From: an uncultured Burkholderiales bacterium
GTDB lineage: Bacteria > Pseudomonadota > Gammaproteobacteria > Burkholderiales > Burkholderiaceae_C
Length of the DNA stretch: 44,427 nt
Direction: 5' to 3'
Assembly: GCA_965365495.1 (NCBI GenBank)
Contig: CBDUBX010000001.1
Location: 1-44,427, forward strand
Both the position numbers and the translations under genes were made by a program. Of the stretch, positions 18,155 through 29,561 are shown in pieces. The number at the start of each line of letters is the position of its first letter. Positions within the stretch are counted from its first letter, which is position 1. The notes under the pieces were generated by a model. It did no database searches and was not told the DNA's origin. It saw nothing but the letters and a program-made list of their open reading frames with translations.

Positions 18155-18724
18155 GTGATGACGCCGGTCTGCCGCTTATTCGTGCCGTCGTTGCTGGCGG
18201 CGTGGCTCGCGGCGCTGGCGAGCCTGGCGCCGTTGCCGGCGCGTGCGCAGGCCGAACTCGCGACGCTGCAGGCGGTGCGCAACGACGGCGCGCTCGAGCT
18301 CGAGTTCGCGGTACGGCTGGCGCTGCCGCGCGCCGTCGAGGACGCGCTGCTGCGCGGCGTGCCGGTGTACTTCGTCGCCGAGGCGCGGCTGCTGCGCGAG
18401 CGCTGGTACTGGCGCGACGAGCGTGTCGCGCGCGTGCGCCGCACGTGGCGTGTCGCCTACCAGCCGCTGACCGGGTCGTGGCGCGTCGGCCTCGGCGCGC
18501 TGAACCAGAGCTACGCGACGCTCGACGAGGCGCTGGCCAGCGTCACGCGCAGCGCCGGCTGGAAGATCGCCGACGTTGCACAGATCGACGCCGACGACGA
18601 CCACACGATCGCCTTCAGCTGGCGGCTCGACAGCTCGCAGCTGCCCGGTCCGATGCAGCTCGACGTCGGCGGACAGGGCGACTGGGCCGTCGGCGTCGAG
18701 CGCCGCGTCGACGTGGCGCGCTGA
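18155..18724 (+). CDS. DUF4390-family exported protein
   Basis: Signal peptide; EDALLRGVPVYF, RWYW.D, YQPLT, LD.SQLP.P.Q; conserved position between rsmB and ntrY. Confidence 0.85.
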   Translation: MMTPVCRLFVPSLLAAWLAALASLAPLPARAQAELATLQAVRNDGALELEFAVRLALPRAVEDALLRGVPVYFVAEARLLRERWYWRDERVARVRRTWRVAYQPLTGSWRVGLGALNQSYATLDEALASVTRSAGWKIADVAQIDADDDHTIAFSWRLDSSQLPGPMQLDVGGQGDWAVGVERRVDVAR

Positions 18725-18738
18725 GCCGGGGCGCGTAC

Positions 18739-21192
<2,454 letters not shown>

Positions 21193-21199
21193 AGAGGGC

Positions 21200-21901
21200 A
21201 TGGCAACGATATTGGTCGTCGACGACGAACTCGGCATTCGCGCGCTGCTCAGCGAGATCCTCAGCGACGAGGGCCACACCGTCGAGCTGGCCGAAGACGC
21301 CGCGCAGGCGCGCCAGGTGCGCGAGCTGATGCGTCCCGACCTCGTGCTGCTCGACATCTGGATGCCCGACGTCGACGGCGTCACGCTGCTGAAGGAGTGG
21401 GGCGCCGCCGGCATGCTGCAGATGCCGGTGATCATGATGAGCGGCCACGGCACGATCGACACCGCGGTCGAGGCGATCAAGTACGGCGCCAGCGCGTTCC
21501 TCGAAAAGCCGATCACGCTGCAGAAGCTGCTGCGCGCCGTCGAGCAGGCATTGGCCAAGCCGGCGCCGCGGGGCGACGGCGGCGGGTCGCCGACGCGCGG
21601 TCTGCGCCCGGACGGCGGCGCGGCCTCGCTGCCAGGCGGCGGCGCGACCGACGCCGCCACGGCGGCCGCGCCGCTGCCGCCGCCCACCGGCCCGCAGCCG
21701 CAGCAGAGCTTCGACCTCGACCGGCCGCTGCGCGAAGCGCGCGACGCTTTCGAGAAGAGCTACTTCGAGTTCCACCTCGCCAAAGAAAGCGGCTCGATGA
21801 CCCGAGTGGCCGAGAAAACGGGCCTCGAACGCACCCACCTGTACCGCAAGCTGAAGCAGCTGGGCGTCGACCTGACACGCGGCAAACGCGGCGTGATGTG
21901 A
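21200..21901 (+). CDS. ntrX: Short NtrX-like response regulator (REC + Fis-type HTH, no AAA+ domain)
   Basis: ILVVDD, LLDIWMPD, MMSGHG, FLEKP; LREARDAFEK..TGLERTHLYRKLK. Confidence 0.88.
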   Translation: MATILVVDDELGIRALLSEILSDEGHTVELAEDAAQARQVRELMRPDLVLLDIWMPDVDGVTLLKEWGAAGMLQMPVIMMSGHGTIDTAVEAIKYGASAFLEKPITLQKLLRAVEQALAKPAPRGDGGGSPTRGLRPDGGAASLPGGGATDAATAAAPLPPPTGPQPQQSFDLDRPLREARDAFEKSYFEFHLAKESGSMTRVAEKTGLERTHLYRKLKQLGVDLTRGKRGVM

Positions 21902-21952
21902 CGTTCCGCCACGGCCGAGCGAAGGGCCGCTGGCTATACTCGCTGCCCTCGT

Positions 21953-22028
21953 GGCCTGGTAGCTCAGTTGGTAGAGCAGCGGATTGAAAATCCGCGTGTC
22001 GGTGGTTCGATTCCGCCCCAGGCCACCA
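21953..22028 (+). tRNA. tRNA-Phe (GAA)
   Basis: 76 nt; acceptor GGCCTGG/CCAGGCC, AGCTCAGTTGGTAGAGC D arm, anticodon loop TTGAAAA, GGTTCGATTCC T arm, encoded CCA; TATACT at 21935-21940 upstream. Confidence 0.97.
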
Positions 22029-22228
22029 CTTCATTTCTGCGGGTTTGCGAGGAAGTGGTAGGAATCGGTAGGGGTGCAGTTCGAGCGTTGCTCCTGCCTA
22101 CCCAGTCCGGTGCGGCGAACTGCAGGGCCCTGCCGGTCGAAGAATCAAGGGGTTGCGCGCGTGCCGGATCGTGTCCCGCTGCGTGGTGTAGATCCACGCC
22201 CGGAAGCGCCGATTAGCCGCTGCATGTC

Positions 22229-23215
22229 TCAGACCCTTGCCGTGCTGCCCCGCGAATGCCGCCCCGCCGTGAAGTGGCCCGCACCCGGCAGGCCGCCCTG
22301 TGGTTTCAACTTCTCGATGTCCCGCCGCGGCGGCGCGCCGAACAGCCGTGCGTACTCGCGGCTGAACTGCGAGGGGCTCTCATAGCCGACGCTGAACCCC
22401 GCGGTCGCGGCCTCCGCGCCATCGCTGAGCATCAGGCGCCGTGCCTCGTTCAGCCGCAGCCACTTCTGGTACTGGAGCGGGCTCATGCCCGTAAGTTGGC
22501 GGAAGTGGTGGTGCAGGCCGGAAACGCTCATCTGCACCCGGCTTGCCAGGTCCTCGATGCGCAGGGGCTCCGCGTAGTGCAGCTTCAGCCAATCGATCGC
22601 CCGCGCGACGCGGTGGCTCTGGCTGCCGACGGACGCGATCTGTCGTAATCGGGGTGCTTGGTCTGTGGCCAGCAGCCGGTAGTGGATCTCGCGTTGGATC
22701 AGCGGGGCGAGCACGGCGATGGCCGGCGGCTCGTCAAGCAGCGCGAGCAGGCGTGTGATCGGTTCCAACAACGCCGGCGTGATCGAGCCGACGCCGACGC
22801 CGGTCTGCAGCGACCGCTCGCGCGGGGGCGCCTCCGGCGCCTGTGCGATCAGTTCGGCGAGCAACCGGATGTCCAGCTTCAGCACCAGGCCGACACAAGG
22901 CGCAAGCGCCGATGCGGCAAGAACCTCGGAGTTGGCCGGAAGGTCCAGCGATGTGACCAGGAACCGCTCGGCGTCATAGGCGTATCCCTCGCCGCCGACC
23001 AGCAGGCGCTTGGTGCCCTGAGCCACCATCACGATGCTGGGCTCCACCATGCAGACGGCTGGGCGCGCCGGTGCCTCGCGTCGGAAGAGGCTGAGCTCGG
23101 GGATGGGCGTCGCACAGTCCGCCACGCCGCGCGTGTGTCTTTCGATCACGCGTGCGATGTCGGACTGCATCTTCGCGATGCGGCTTCGACTGTCTTTCTC
23201 GGATGAGCTCTGCAT
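22229..23215 (-). CDS. AraC-family regulator, YqhC-like (start uncertain)
   Basis: EPSIVMVAQGTK, LAPLIQREIHYRLL, MSPLQYQKWLRLNEARRLML, VGYESPSQFSREY.RLFG.PP. Confidence 0.92.
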   Translation of the reverse strand: MQSSSEKDSRSRIAKMQSDIARVIERHTRGVADCATPIPELSLFRREAPARPAVCMVEPSIVMVAQGTKRLLVGGEGYAYDAERFLVTSLDLPANSEVLAASALAPCVGLVLKLDIRLLAELIAQAPEAPPRERSLQTGVGVGSITPALLEPITRLLALLDEPPAIAVLAPLIQREIHYRLLATDQAPRLRQIASVGSQSHRVARAIDWLKLHYAEPLRIEDLASRVQMSVSGLHHHFRQLTGMSPLQYQKWLRLNEARRLMLSDGAEAATAGFSVGYESPSQFSREYARLFGAPPRRDIEKLKPQGGLPGAGHFTAGRHSRGSTARV

Positions 23216-23280
23216 AGGAATGACCGCTTGCACACTGACAACGAAGGGTAGCCGAATCCGACGCGGCAGTCCGGTCTCCT

Positions 23281-23315
23281 GGAGGATCAGGCAAGAACCC
23301 TGCACGAACGTTCTA
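23281..23315 (+). promoter_or_regulatory. Possible tandem AraC half-sites (21-bp spacing) in the divergent promoter
   Basis: GGAGGATCAGGCAA and GCACGAACGTTCTA, 7/14 identical; position between araC-like and hydrolase genes. Confidence 0.3.
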
Positions 23316-23417
23316 CCGGTCGGCGGGTCGGATCGGAAGAATGAGCGGCAGGCATGAAAGGCGCTTCGCGGTCAGCCGTCCGGGGCGCACGACGTTCAGC
23401 CTTCAGGAGCCATCCCC

Positions 23418-24509
23418 ATGAACACACCCCTGTCTCGCAAGCGTTTTCTGCAAGGTTCCGCCGCGGCCGTGGCGGCAGCCCTCGTCACCCCCCAAGCGGC
23501 CTTGGCGAACACCGGCGCCGCTTCCACTTCGAGCCGAGCCATGTCACTGAGCCAGCGATGGGACAAAACCTTCCCAAGGAGTGCCAAGGTCGATCACCGC
23601 AAGGTGACGTTCAAGACCCGCTACGGCATCACCCTGGCCGCGGACCTCTACATCCCGAATAACGCCGCCGGCCGCAAGCTGGCCGCACTGGCAGTGGGCG
23701 GGCCGTTCGGCGCGGTGAAGGAGCAATCCTCGGGTCTGTATGCGCAGACGATGGCCGGACGCGGATACGTCGCGCTCGCCTTCGACGCCTCCTTCACCGG
23801 CGAGAGCGGCGGCGAGCCGCGCAACGTCGCCTCACCAGACATCAACACCGAGGACTTCATGGCGGCGGTGGATTTCCTCGGGCTGCACCCGCTGGTCGAT
23901 CGTGAACGCATCGGCGTCATTGGCATCTGCGGGTGGGGCGGCATGGCACTGAATGCCGTAGCGGCCGACAAACGCGTCAAGGCCGTCGTCGCCAGCACCA
24001 TGTACGACATGACCCGTGTCATGTCCAAGGGCTACAACGACAGCGTGACAGCCGAGCAGCGTGCGCAGACGCTGGAGCAGTTGAGCCGGCAACGTTGGAA
24101 GGATGCCGCGAGCGGGAAGCCGGCGTACCAGCCGGCCTACAACAAGCTGAAGGGCGGCGAAGCGCAGTTCATGGTCGACTACCACGACTACTACATGACG
24201 CCGCGCGGCTACCACCCGCGGGCGGTCAACTCGGGCAACGCCTGGACGATGACCACGCCGCTGTCCTTCATGAACATGCCGATCCTGACGTACATCAGGG
24301 AGATTTCGCCGCGTCCCATCCTGTTTATCCACGGCGAGAACGCCCACTCCCGCTACTTCACCGAAACCGCCTACGCGGCCGCGGCGCAGCCGAAGGAACT
24401 GCTGATCGTCAAGGGCGCCAACCATGTGGACCTGTACGACCGCATGGACAAGATTCCGTTCGACGCGGTTGCTGCCTTCTTCGACCAACACCTGAAGGCG
24501 CAGGCATGA
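23418..24509 (+). CDS. Alpha/beta hydrolase, YcjY-like, with Tat-like leader
   Basis: GPFGAVKEQ, FDASFTGESGG.PR, GICGWGG nucleophile elbow, HVDLYD; AGGAG RBS. Confidence 0.88.
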   Translation: MNTPLSRKRFLQGSAAAVAAALVTPQAALANTGAASTSSRAMSLSQRWDKTFPRSAKVDHRKVTFKTRYGITLAADLYIPNNAAGRKLAALAVGGPFGAVKEQSSGLYAQTMAGRGYVALAFDASFTGESGGEPRNVASPDINTEDFMAAVDFLGLHPLVDRERIGVIGICGWGGMALNAVAADKRVKAVVASTMYDMTRVMSKGYNDSVTAEQRAQTLEQLSRQRWKDAASGKPAYQPAYNKLKGGEAQFMVDYHDYYMTPRGYHPRAVNSGNAWTMTTPLSFMNMPILTYIREISPRPILFIHGENAHSRYFTETAYAAAAQPKELLIVKGANHVDLYDRMDKIPFDAVAAFFDQHLKAQA

Positions 24510-24976
24510 CCGACACGATGAGCGCGACGGCGCGACGGCTCGGTGCGTTGCTGCTGATCATGGCGACGTTGCCGGCGGCCTATGCCGCGGAGCCCAAGAT
24601 GACCCAGTCCGCCGCCGAACAGCCTCGCATCGTGATGACCGCGGGAACCAGCCGCTTCACCGTGGCCCTGGACGACACCGCCGCCGCCGTGGCCTTCGCC
24701 AGGATGCTGCCGGTCACCTTCGTGATGAGCGACCTCAACCGCAACGAGAAGAAGGTGCGCCTGCCCCGTGGCCTGCCGACCAGCATCGTTCGTCCCGGCA
24801 CGATCCGTGCCGGCGACGTGATGCTGTGGGGCGACGACACGCTGGTCGTGTTCTACGAGACGTTCGAGTCGCCCTACAGCTACACGCGCATCGGCCGCAT
24901 CGAAAAGCCGGACGGCCTAGCGCGGACACTGGGGCCGGGCGACGTGCGCGTCTCGTTCTCTCGGCCGTTGGCCTGA
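24506..24976 (+). CDS. Cyclophilin-like fold exported protein
   Basis: Signal peptide; AFARMLPVT..MSDLN.NEK, GDVMLWG..TLVVFY, YSYTRIGRI; ATGA overlap. Confidence 0.82.
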   Translation: MTDTMSATARRLGALLLIMATLPAAYAAEPKMTQSAAEQPRIVMTAGTSRFTVALDDTAAAVAFARMLPVTFVMSDLNRNEKKVRLPRGLPTSIVRPGTIRAGDVMLWGDDTLVVFYETFESPYSYTRIGRIEKPDGLARTLGPGDVRVSFSRPLA

Positions 24977-25246
24977 CGCGAAGCGGTCCAGGTGACGCCG
25001 AAGCGACGCGCGGTGACGGTGAACTGACCTGCTCCACCGTGCCTGCGCCGGCACCCGCTGCAGCGGACAGGAAGCCGCTGATCGCGCGATGTGGGTGCTT
25101 GCGGGCAGTCCCCTCGGAGCCGCTGATGCACGTTCAGATCGCAGCATCACCGCGCACCTTCGAATCTGGGCGTAGTGCAGTTCCCATCCTATTAGCCTTG
25201 CACCACCAGACGCTGCTTCCTGGTCTTACAAAGTCTCAGGATGCCC

Positions 25247-25280
25247 AAAACCCTATGTCATCAACGACCTAGGGCTTTTT
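25247..25280. terminator. Hairpin with flanking A and T tracts (bidirectional terminator-like)
   Basis: AAAA-CCCTATGTC-ATCAAC-GACCTAGGG-CTTTTT, 8/9 stem. Confidence 0.5.
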
Positions 25281-25636
25281 GTCGTCCGAAGCTGTCCGAC
25301 AAGATCGCGGATCAGCTTGCCGGCTTGGCGATGAGGTCGGCCGGCTAGGCTCGCGTGCCGTCGGCTGGCGAAGCGACGACATCGCGCAGTGGAGCCGGTC
25401 GGGGCCGATGGCGCGGGATGACGCGGACCTGCTCGACGACGACCGGACACACCCGCGCACCGAGCGTCCCCAGGCCCCAGCGCGTCGAACTGGCGCGCGA
25501 CAGCGCGAAGCGCGGCTTGCTGCAGCCGATCGTGGTCGCGCCGCGCGACAGGCACACGATCGCAAGGACCGTGATCCAGCGATGGTGGGGGCGGGAGATG
25601 GTTGTCGCGTTCATGCCGGATCAGGCATTGTTTGCC

Positions 25637-25682
25637 GATATGCTTCATCAAGCATATCTTGCAATCATGCTTGATTGAGCAT
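25637..25682. promoter_or_regulatory. Two palindromic operators (ATGCT-N6-AGCAT) upstream of hipB-like gene
   Basis: GATATGCTT-CATC-AAGCATATC (25637-25658) and ATGCT-TGATTG-AGCAT (25667-25682), 27 bp apart. Confidence 0.75.
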
Positions 25683-25692
25683 ATATTGCTGC

Positions 25693-25998
25693 ATGGACTA
25701 TGCGATCCAAACCCCTCTTCAGCTCTCCAGCCACCTGCGCGCGCTGCGCAAGGCCCGCGGGCTCAGTCAGGCGGCGCTCGGAAACATGCTGGGCGTGGGG
25801 CAGACGCGCGTGGCGCGCATCGAGGGCGAACCGACGGCCATCAGCGTCGAGCAGCTCATCGATGTGCTCGCGGCGCTGAACGTGCGCCTTGTGTTGCGCG
25901 ACACCAGTGCCACTGCGTCAACGGACGCCACGCGAACGCGAACCGGGAGCCCGGCGAAGAAGCGGGCGAAGCGCCCCGCTACCGACACGGCCTGGTGA
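25693..25998 (+). CDS. hipB: HipB-like XRE-family HTH antitoxin
   Basis: LRALRKARGLSQAALG..LGVGQ.RVARIE; C-terminal Trp; GTGA overlap with hipA. Confidence 0.88.
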   Translation: MDYAIQTPLQLSSHLRALRKARGLSQAALGNMLGVGQTRVARIEGEPTAISVEQLIDVLAALNVRLVLRDTSATASTDATRTRTGSPAKKRAKRPATDTAW

Positions 25999-27419
25999 CC
26001 GTGGCCGAGCTGCACGTGTGGATGAACGGGCTGCACGTCGGCGTGTGGTCGACGCTGCGCACCGGCACGCCGGTCTTCCGCTACGCCGAGCGTTGGGTGG
26101 ATGCCGCCGAAGGGCGTGCGCTGTCCCTGTCGCTGCCGTTCACCGCAGGCCTCGAGCATCGCGGCGAGGTCGTCACGCACTACTTCGACAACCTGCTGCC
26201 GGACAGCGCCGCCATCCGCCGCCGGTTGCGCAGCCGGTTCCGTGCGCGATCGACCGAGGCCTTCGACCTCCTGGCCGCTGTCGGTCGCGATTGCGTCGGC
26301 GCGGTGCAGTTGCTGCCTTCCGGTGACAAGCCGGCCGGCTGGAACACGGTCGATGCCGAGCCGATGAACGACGCGGCGGTCGAGCGCGCACTGGCGGCCG
26401 TGACGTCCGACGCGCCGCTGGGGCAGCGCGACGTCGAAGACCTCGGGGACCTGCGGCTGTCGATCGCCGGCGCGCAGGAGAAGACGGCGCTGCTGCGCAT
26501 CGGACGCCGCTGGTACCGCCCACGCGGTGCGACGCCGACGACCCATATCCTGAAGCTGCCGCTTGGGCGGGTCGGCAACATGCGCGCCGACATGACGACG
26601 TCGATCGAGAACGAATGGCTTTGCAGCCGCATCCTGAGCGCGCTGGGACTGCCGGTGGCCGATACCGAGATCGCGCAATTCGGTGCGACCCAGGCGCTGG
26701 TCGTCACGCGCTTCGACCGCCGCTGGGTCGGCGTCGACGACGGCGCGCAGGAAAAGCTTCGGTTCCGTCCGCCTGCCGACGCCTGGATCGCCCGTTTGCC
26801 GCAGGAAGATTTCTGCCAGGCGCTGGGCGTGGGCCCCGACCGCAAGTACCAGAGCGACGGCGGTCCGTCGATGCTCGACTGCCTGGCGGTGCTGGCCAAC
26901 AGCGAGCGTCCCGAAGACCACCGCGCCGCCTTCGTGCTGGCGCAGTTCGCGTTCTGGCTGCTTGCCGCCACCGACGGCCACGCAAAGAATTTTTCCATCC
27001 AGCACCGGCGCGGCGGCCGCTTCGGCCTGACGCCGCTGTACGACGTGCTTTCGGCGTGGCCCATCATCGGCAACGGTGCCAACCACATCCCCTACCAGCG
27101 CGCCAAGCTGGCGATGGGCGTGAAGGCGACCAACCTGCACGACCGGCTGCGGGACATCCAGCCCCGGCACTGGCATCGCCTAGCGACGATGGCCGCGCCC
27201 CTCACTTGGTCGAGGATGCTGGCCATGGTCAACGGCCTGGATGCCGCGCTGAATACCGTCGAGCGAGAGCTGCCCGAGCACTTTCCGCATGAGGTATGGC
27301 AGTCGGTAAGCGCCGGCGCACGGCGTCACGCGGCGTCGTTCTTGCGGGGCGCCACAGACGAGCCCGGCTCCAGGAATGGCGGGACAGGTCGGCGGGCCAG
27401 TTCATCGAAACGATCTTGA
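25995..27419 (+). CDS. hipA: HipA-family Ser/Thr kinase toxin
   Basis: LSLSLP, YFDNLLPD, GRDCVGAVQ, RLSIAGAQEKTAL, TTHILK, QEDFCQALG, ATDGHAKNFS, LTPLYD. Confidence 0.95.
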   Translation: MTVAELHVWMNGLHVGVWSTLRTGTPVFRYAERWVDAAEGRALSLSLPFTAGLEHRGEVVTHYFDNLLPDSAAIRRRLRSRFRARSTEAFDLLAAVGRDCVGAVQLLPSGDKPAGWNTVDAEPMNDAAVERALAAVTSDAPLGQRDVEDLGDLRLSIAGAQEKTALLRIGRRWYRPRGATPTTHILKLPLGRVGNMRADMTTSIENEWLCSRILSALGLPVADTEIAQFGATQALVVTRFDRRWVGVDDGAQEKLRFRPPADAWIARLPQEDFCQALGVGPDRKYQSDGGPSMLDCLAVLANSERPEDHRAAFVLAQFAFWLLAATDGHAKNFSIQHRRGGRFGLTPLYDVLSAWPIIGNGANHIPYQRAKLAMGVKATNLHDRLRDIQPRHWHRLATMAAPLTWSRMLAMVNGLDAALNTVERELPEHFPHEVWQSVSAGARRHAASFLRGATDEPGSRNGGTGRRASSSKRS

Positions 27420-27512
27420 AACCATCCGACGTCGGCCAGATCGAGGCGAATCGATGTCGTCAAAGCACCCATCGCAAGGACCCGTCGCGTCGGCTGTCGG
27501 AGCAGTGATGGA

Positions 27513-27979
27513 TCAGCTCTGGTTGCCGCCGACGCCATGGCGGCGGTGCCACTCCGCCAGCGACTCCTTCGGATACGCGTCGAACGAATCGTCGCCCGGC
27601 TTGACGTGCGCATCGACCCAGTCGGGCTTCGAGCCGAGCATGATGTGTGTCACCGATGGCGGCGACGGCAGCGGGGTGTCGATCGCGCCGGCATGCGGAT
27701 GCACGAGCTCGGGCCAGCTGGGATCCCAGAGCCACAGCGCCGTGCCGCAGCGCTTGCAGAAGTGGCGATGACCGCTACTCTGCTGGCGCGGTAGACCGAG
27801 ACGTGCTCCATGCCGTCGACCTTCAGCGTCGCGTGGTCGGCGCCCAGGTTGATCGCGAACCCCCCGGTGCCGGCCGTCTTGCGACAGATCGAGCAGTAGC
27901 AGCGCATGAACGGCATGGGCTCGTGCGACTCGACGCTGAAGCGCACGGACCGGCAATGGCAGGAAGCTTCGAGATGCAT
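27513..27979 (-). pseudogene. GFA/CENP-V (Mss4-like) family gene, frameshifted near 27785
   Basis: ASCHC..VRF and CYCSICRK in one frame, RHFCKRCG.ALW..DP.WPEL in another; AAGGAG RBS. Confidence 0.82.
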
Positions 27980-28062
27980 CGCGACTCCTTCGTTGTCATG
28001 CACGGCGGTCCGACCGGAAAACGCAGCGCGGCGCGACGGCCGCGTTCGCCTGCGGCCTGACA

Positions 28063-28521
28063 TCAACACTTCATGTCACGGTACTCCGATCGCAGGTTGA
28101 ACAACCTCGACTGGACGGCGCTCCGCGCAGCCGCCGTGGCCGTACGTTCGGCGGCCTCGACCGCCGCGATGTCGCCATCGAGGAGACGGCATCGCGACTG
28201 GGCCGCCGCCGGAAGCGCTGCGCGCCGGTGTCGAGTCGCGCGCTGCTCGGCGCTCTCACCCAAGATCGGACGGAGCGCCTCCGCCATCTGCTCGTTGTGA
28301 CGTTCACGGCGCACGTCTTCGCCGACCCGGGAACGCACCGATGACTTGTCCAATCCACGCGTGGGTTCGACAGCCACTCGCTCGGCACCGAGGCACGGTG
28401 CGTCGGACTACAGCACCTTGCCTTCCTGCTCGCACTTGAAGACCGTCCTGGACGGCGGCGGCAGCGGCTGAGCACCGGCGTTCATCATCGGCAGCATGAA
28501 CACCAGGCCGAGCACACACAT
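28063..28521 (-). pseudogene. Exported DUF4124-like protein gene with in-frame amber stop at 28408-28410
   Basis: Signal peptide then TVFKCEQEGKVL*SDAPCLGAE continuing in the same frame into ORF 28063..28377. Confidence 0.75.
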
Positions 28522-28645
28522 GGCGACGGCCGTGCGGATCGGTGAGTTCAGAAGCGCGGGGTCAACTTTGCACGTTCGGCAGTCCGGCCGGGCGGAACGT
28601 GCCGATCCCAATACGACAGCATTACGGCAAGAAGAGTGAATCGGT

Positions 28646-29551
28646 ATGGCCAGGCGTAGGAAGAGCTCACCAGCAGAGGACTTGATCGAGGTCATCGGCA
28701 TGATGCCCTGGTGGGTGGGAGTTCTGCTGGCCATCGTCTCGTACTTCTGGCTGCACGACGTGGCGACCCGCCCGGTGGTGATCGACCCCGTCAGACCGAA
28801 CGTGCCGCTTCAAGCCATATGGCAAGGCCTGGCGTTCGGCGGGCAGTACATCGTGCCGCTGCTGTGCCTCCTCGGCGCCGTTGTGTCGTTCTTGCGCAGA
28901 CGCCAGCGCAAGAAGCTCGTCGGCGTGGTCACGCATAGCGACGCCAGCGACGCGCTGAACGACATGAGCTGGCGGCAGTTCGAGATGCTGGTTGCGGAGG
29001 GCTTCCGACGCCAGGGCTACCACGTGGAAGAGACCGGCGGGGGCGGGGCGGACGGCGGCATCGACCTCGTGCTGTTCCGCCCCAGCCGCAACGGGCGCGA
29101 GAAGTTCCTGGTGCAGTGCAAGCAGTGGCGCGCCTTCAAGGTCGGCGTGGACGTGGTGCGGGAGCTGTACGGCGTGATGGCCGCCAGCGGCGCCGCCGGT
29201 GGTTTCGTCGTGACCTCGGGCCGTTTCACCGACGAGGCAGCGCGCTTTGCGAATGGAAGAAACGTCACGCTGGTCGACGGCCCGAAGCTGCATGGGCTGA
29301 TCCGGCAGGCGCTCGACGCAGGCGCATCGGCCGCCGATCGCGTGGCGCCACAGCAGCCGCCGGTCTCTCCAGCGGCTGTGCCGGCTCAGCCACGGCCTGT
29401 GCCGTCGGCCCGCGCGACATCCGCCCCTGCTTGTCGCGCCTGCGGACAGCCGATGGCGCGCCGGACGGCCAAGCGCGGCGCGAACGCCGGGCGCGAATTC
29501 TGGGGCTGCACCGACTATCCCGCCTGCCGCGGCACACGACCCATCGCCTGA
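28646..29551 (+). CDS. Membrane-anchored Mrr-type endonuclease with C-terminal topoisomerase-type C4 zinc ribbon
   Basis: Two N-terminal TM segments; FEMLVAE.F...GY, ADGGIDL, VQCKQW, VTSGRFT..A; CRAC..M...FWGCTDYPAC. Confidence 0.88.
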   Translation: MARRRKSSPAEDLIEVIGMMPWWVGVLLAIVSYFWLHDVATRPVVIDPVRPNVPLQAIWQGLAFGGQYIVPLLCLLGAVVSFLRRRQRKKLVGVVTHSDASDALNDMSWRQFEMLVAEGFRRQGYHVEETGGGGADGGIDLVLFRPSRNGREKFLVQCKQWRAFKVGVDVVRELYGVMAASGAAGGFVVTSGRFTDEAARFANGRNVTLVDGPKLHGLIRQALDAGASAADRVAPQQPPVSPAAVPAQPRPVPSARATSAPACRACGQPMARRTAKRGANAGREFWGCTDYPACRGTRPIA

Positions 29552-29561
29552 CCGCCCTGGG

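Noticed and set aside
21200-21901. NtrX lacking an AAA+ domain as a truncation or novelty
   Set aside because: Short REC-Fis NtrX in rsmB-DUF4390-ntrYX synteny is an established betaproteobacterial arrangement.
28408-28410. TAG read-through (pyrrolysine or recoding)
   Set aside because: The position corresponds to a motif Tyr (one substitution), other genes here such as fccB, soxB and the NicX-like gene end in TAG, and neighbours are also decaying.
28522-28734. Long N-terminus of ORF 28408..28734
   Set aside because: It overlaps the mrr start on the opposite strand and spans the promoter region; the signal peptide begins near 28521.
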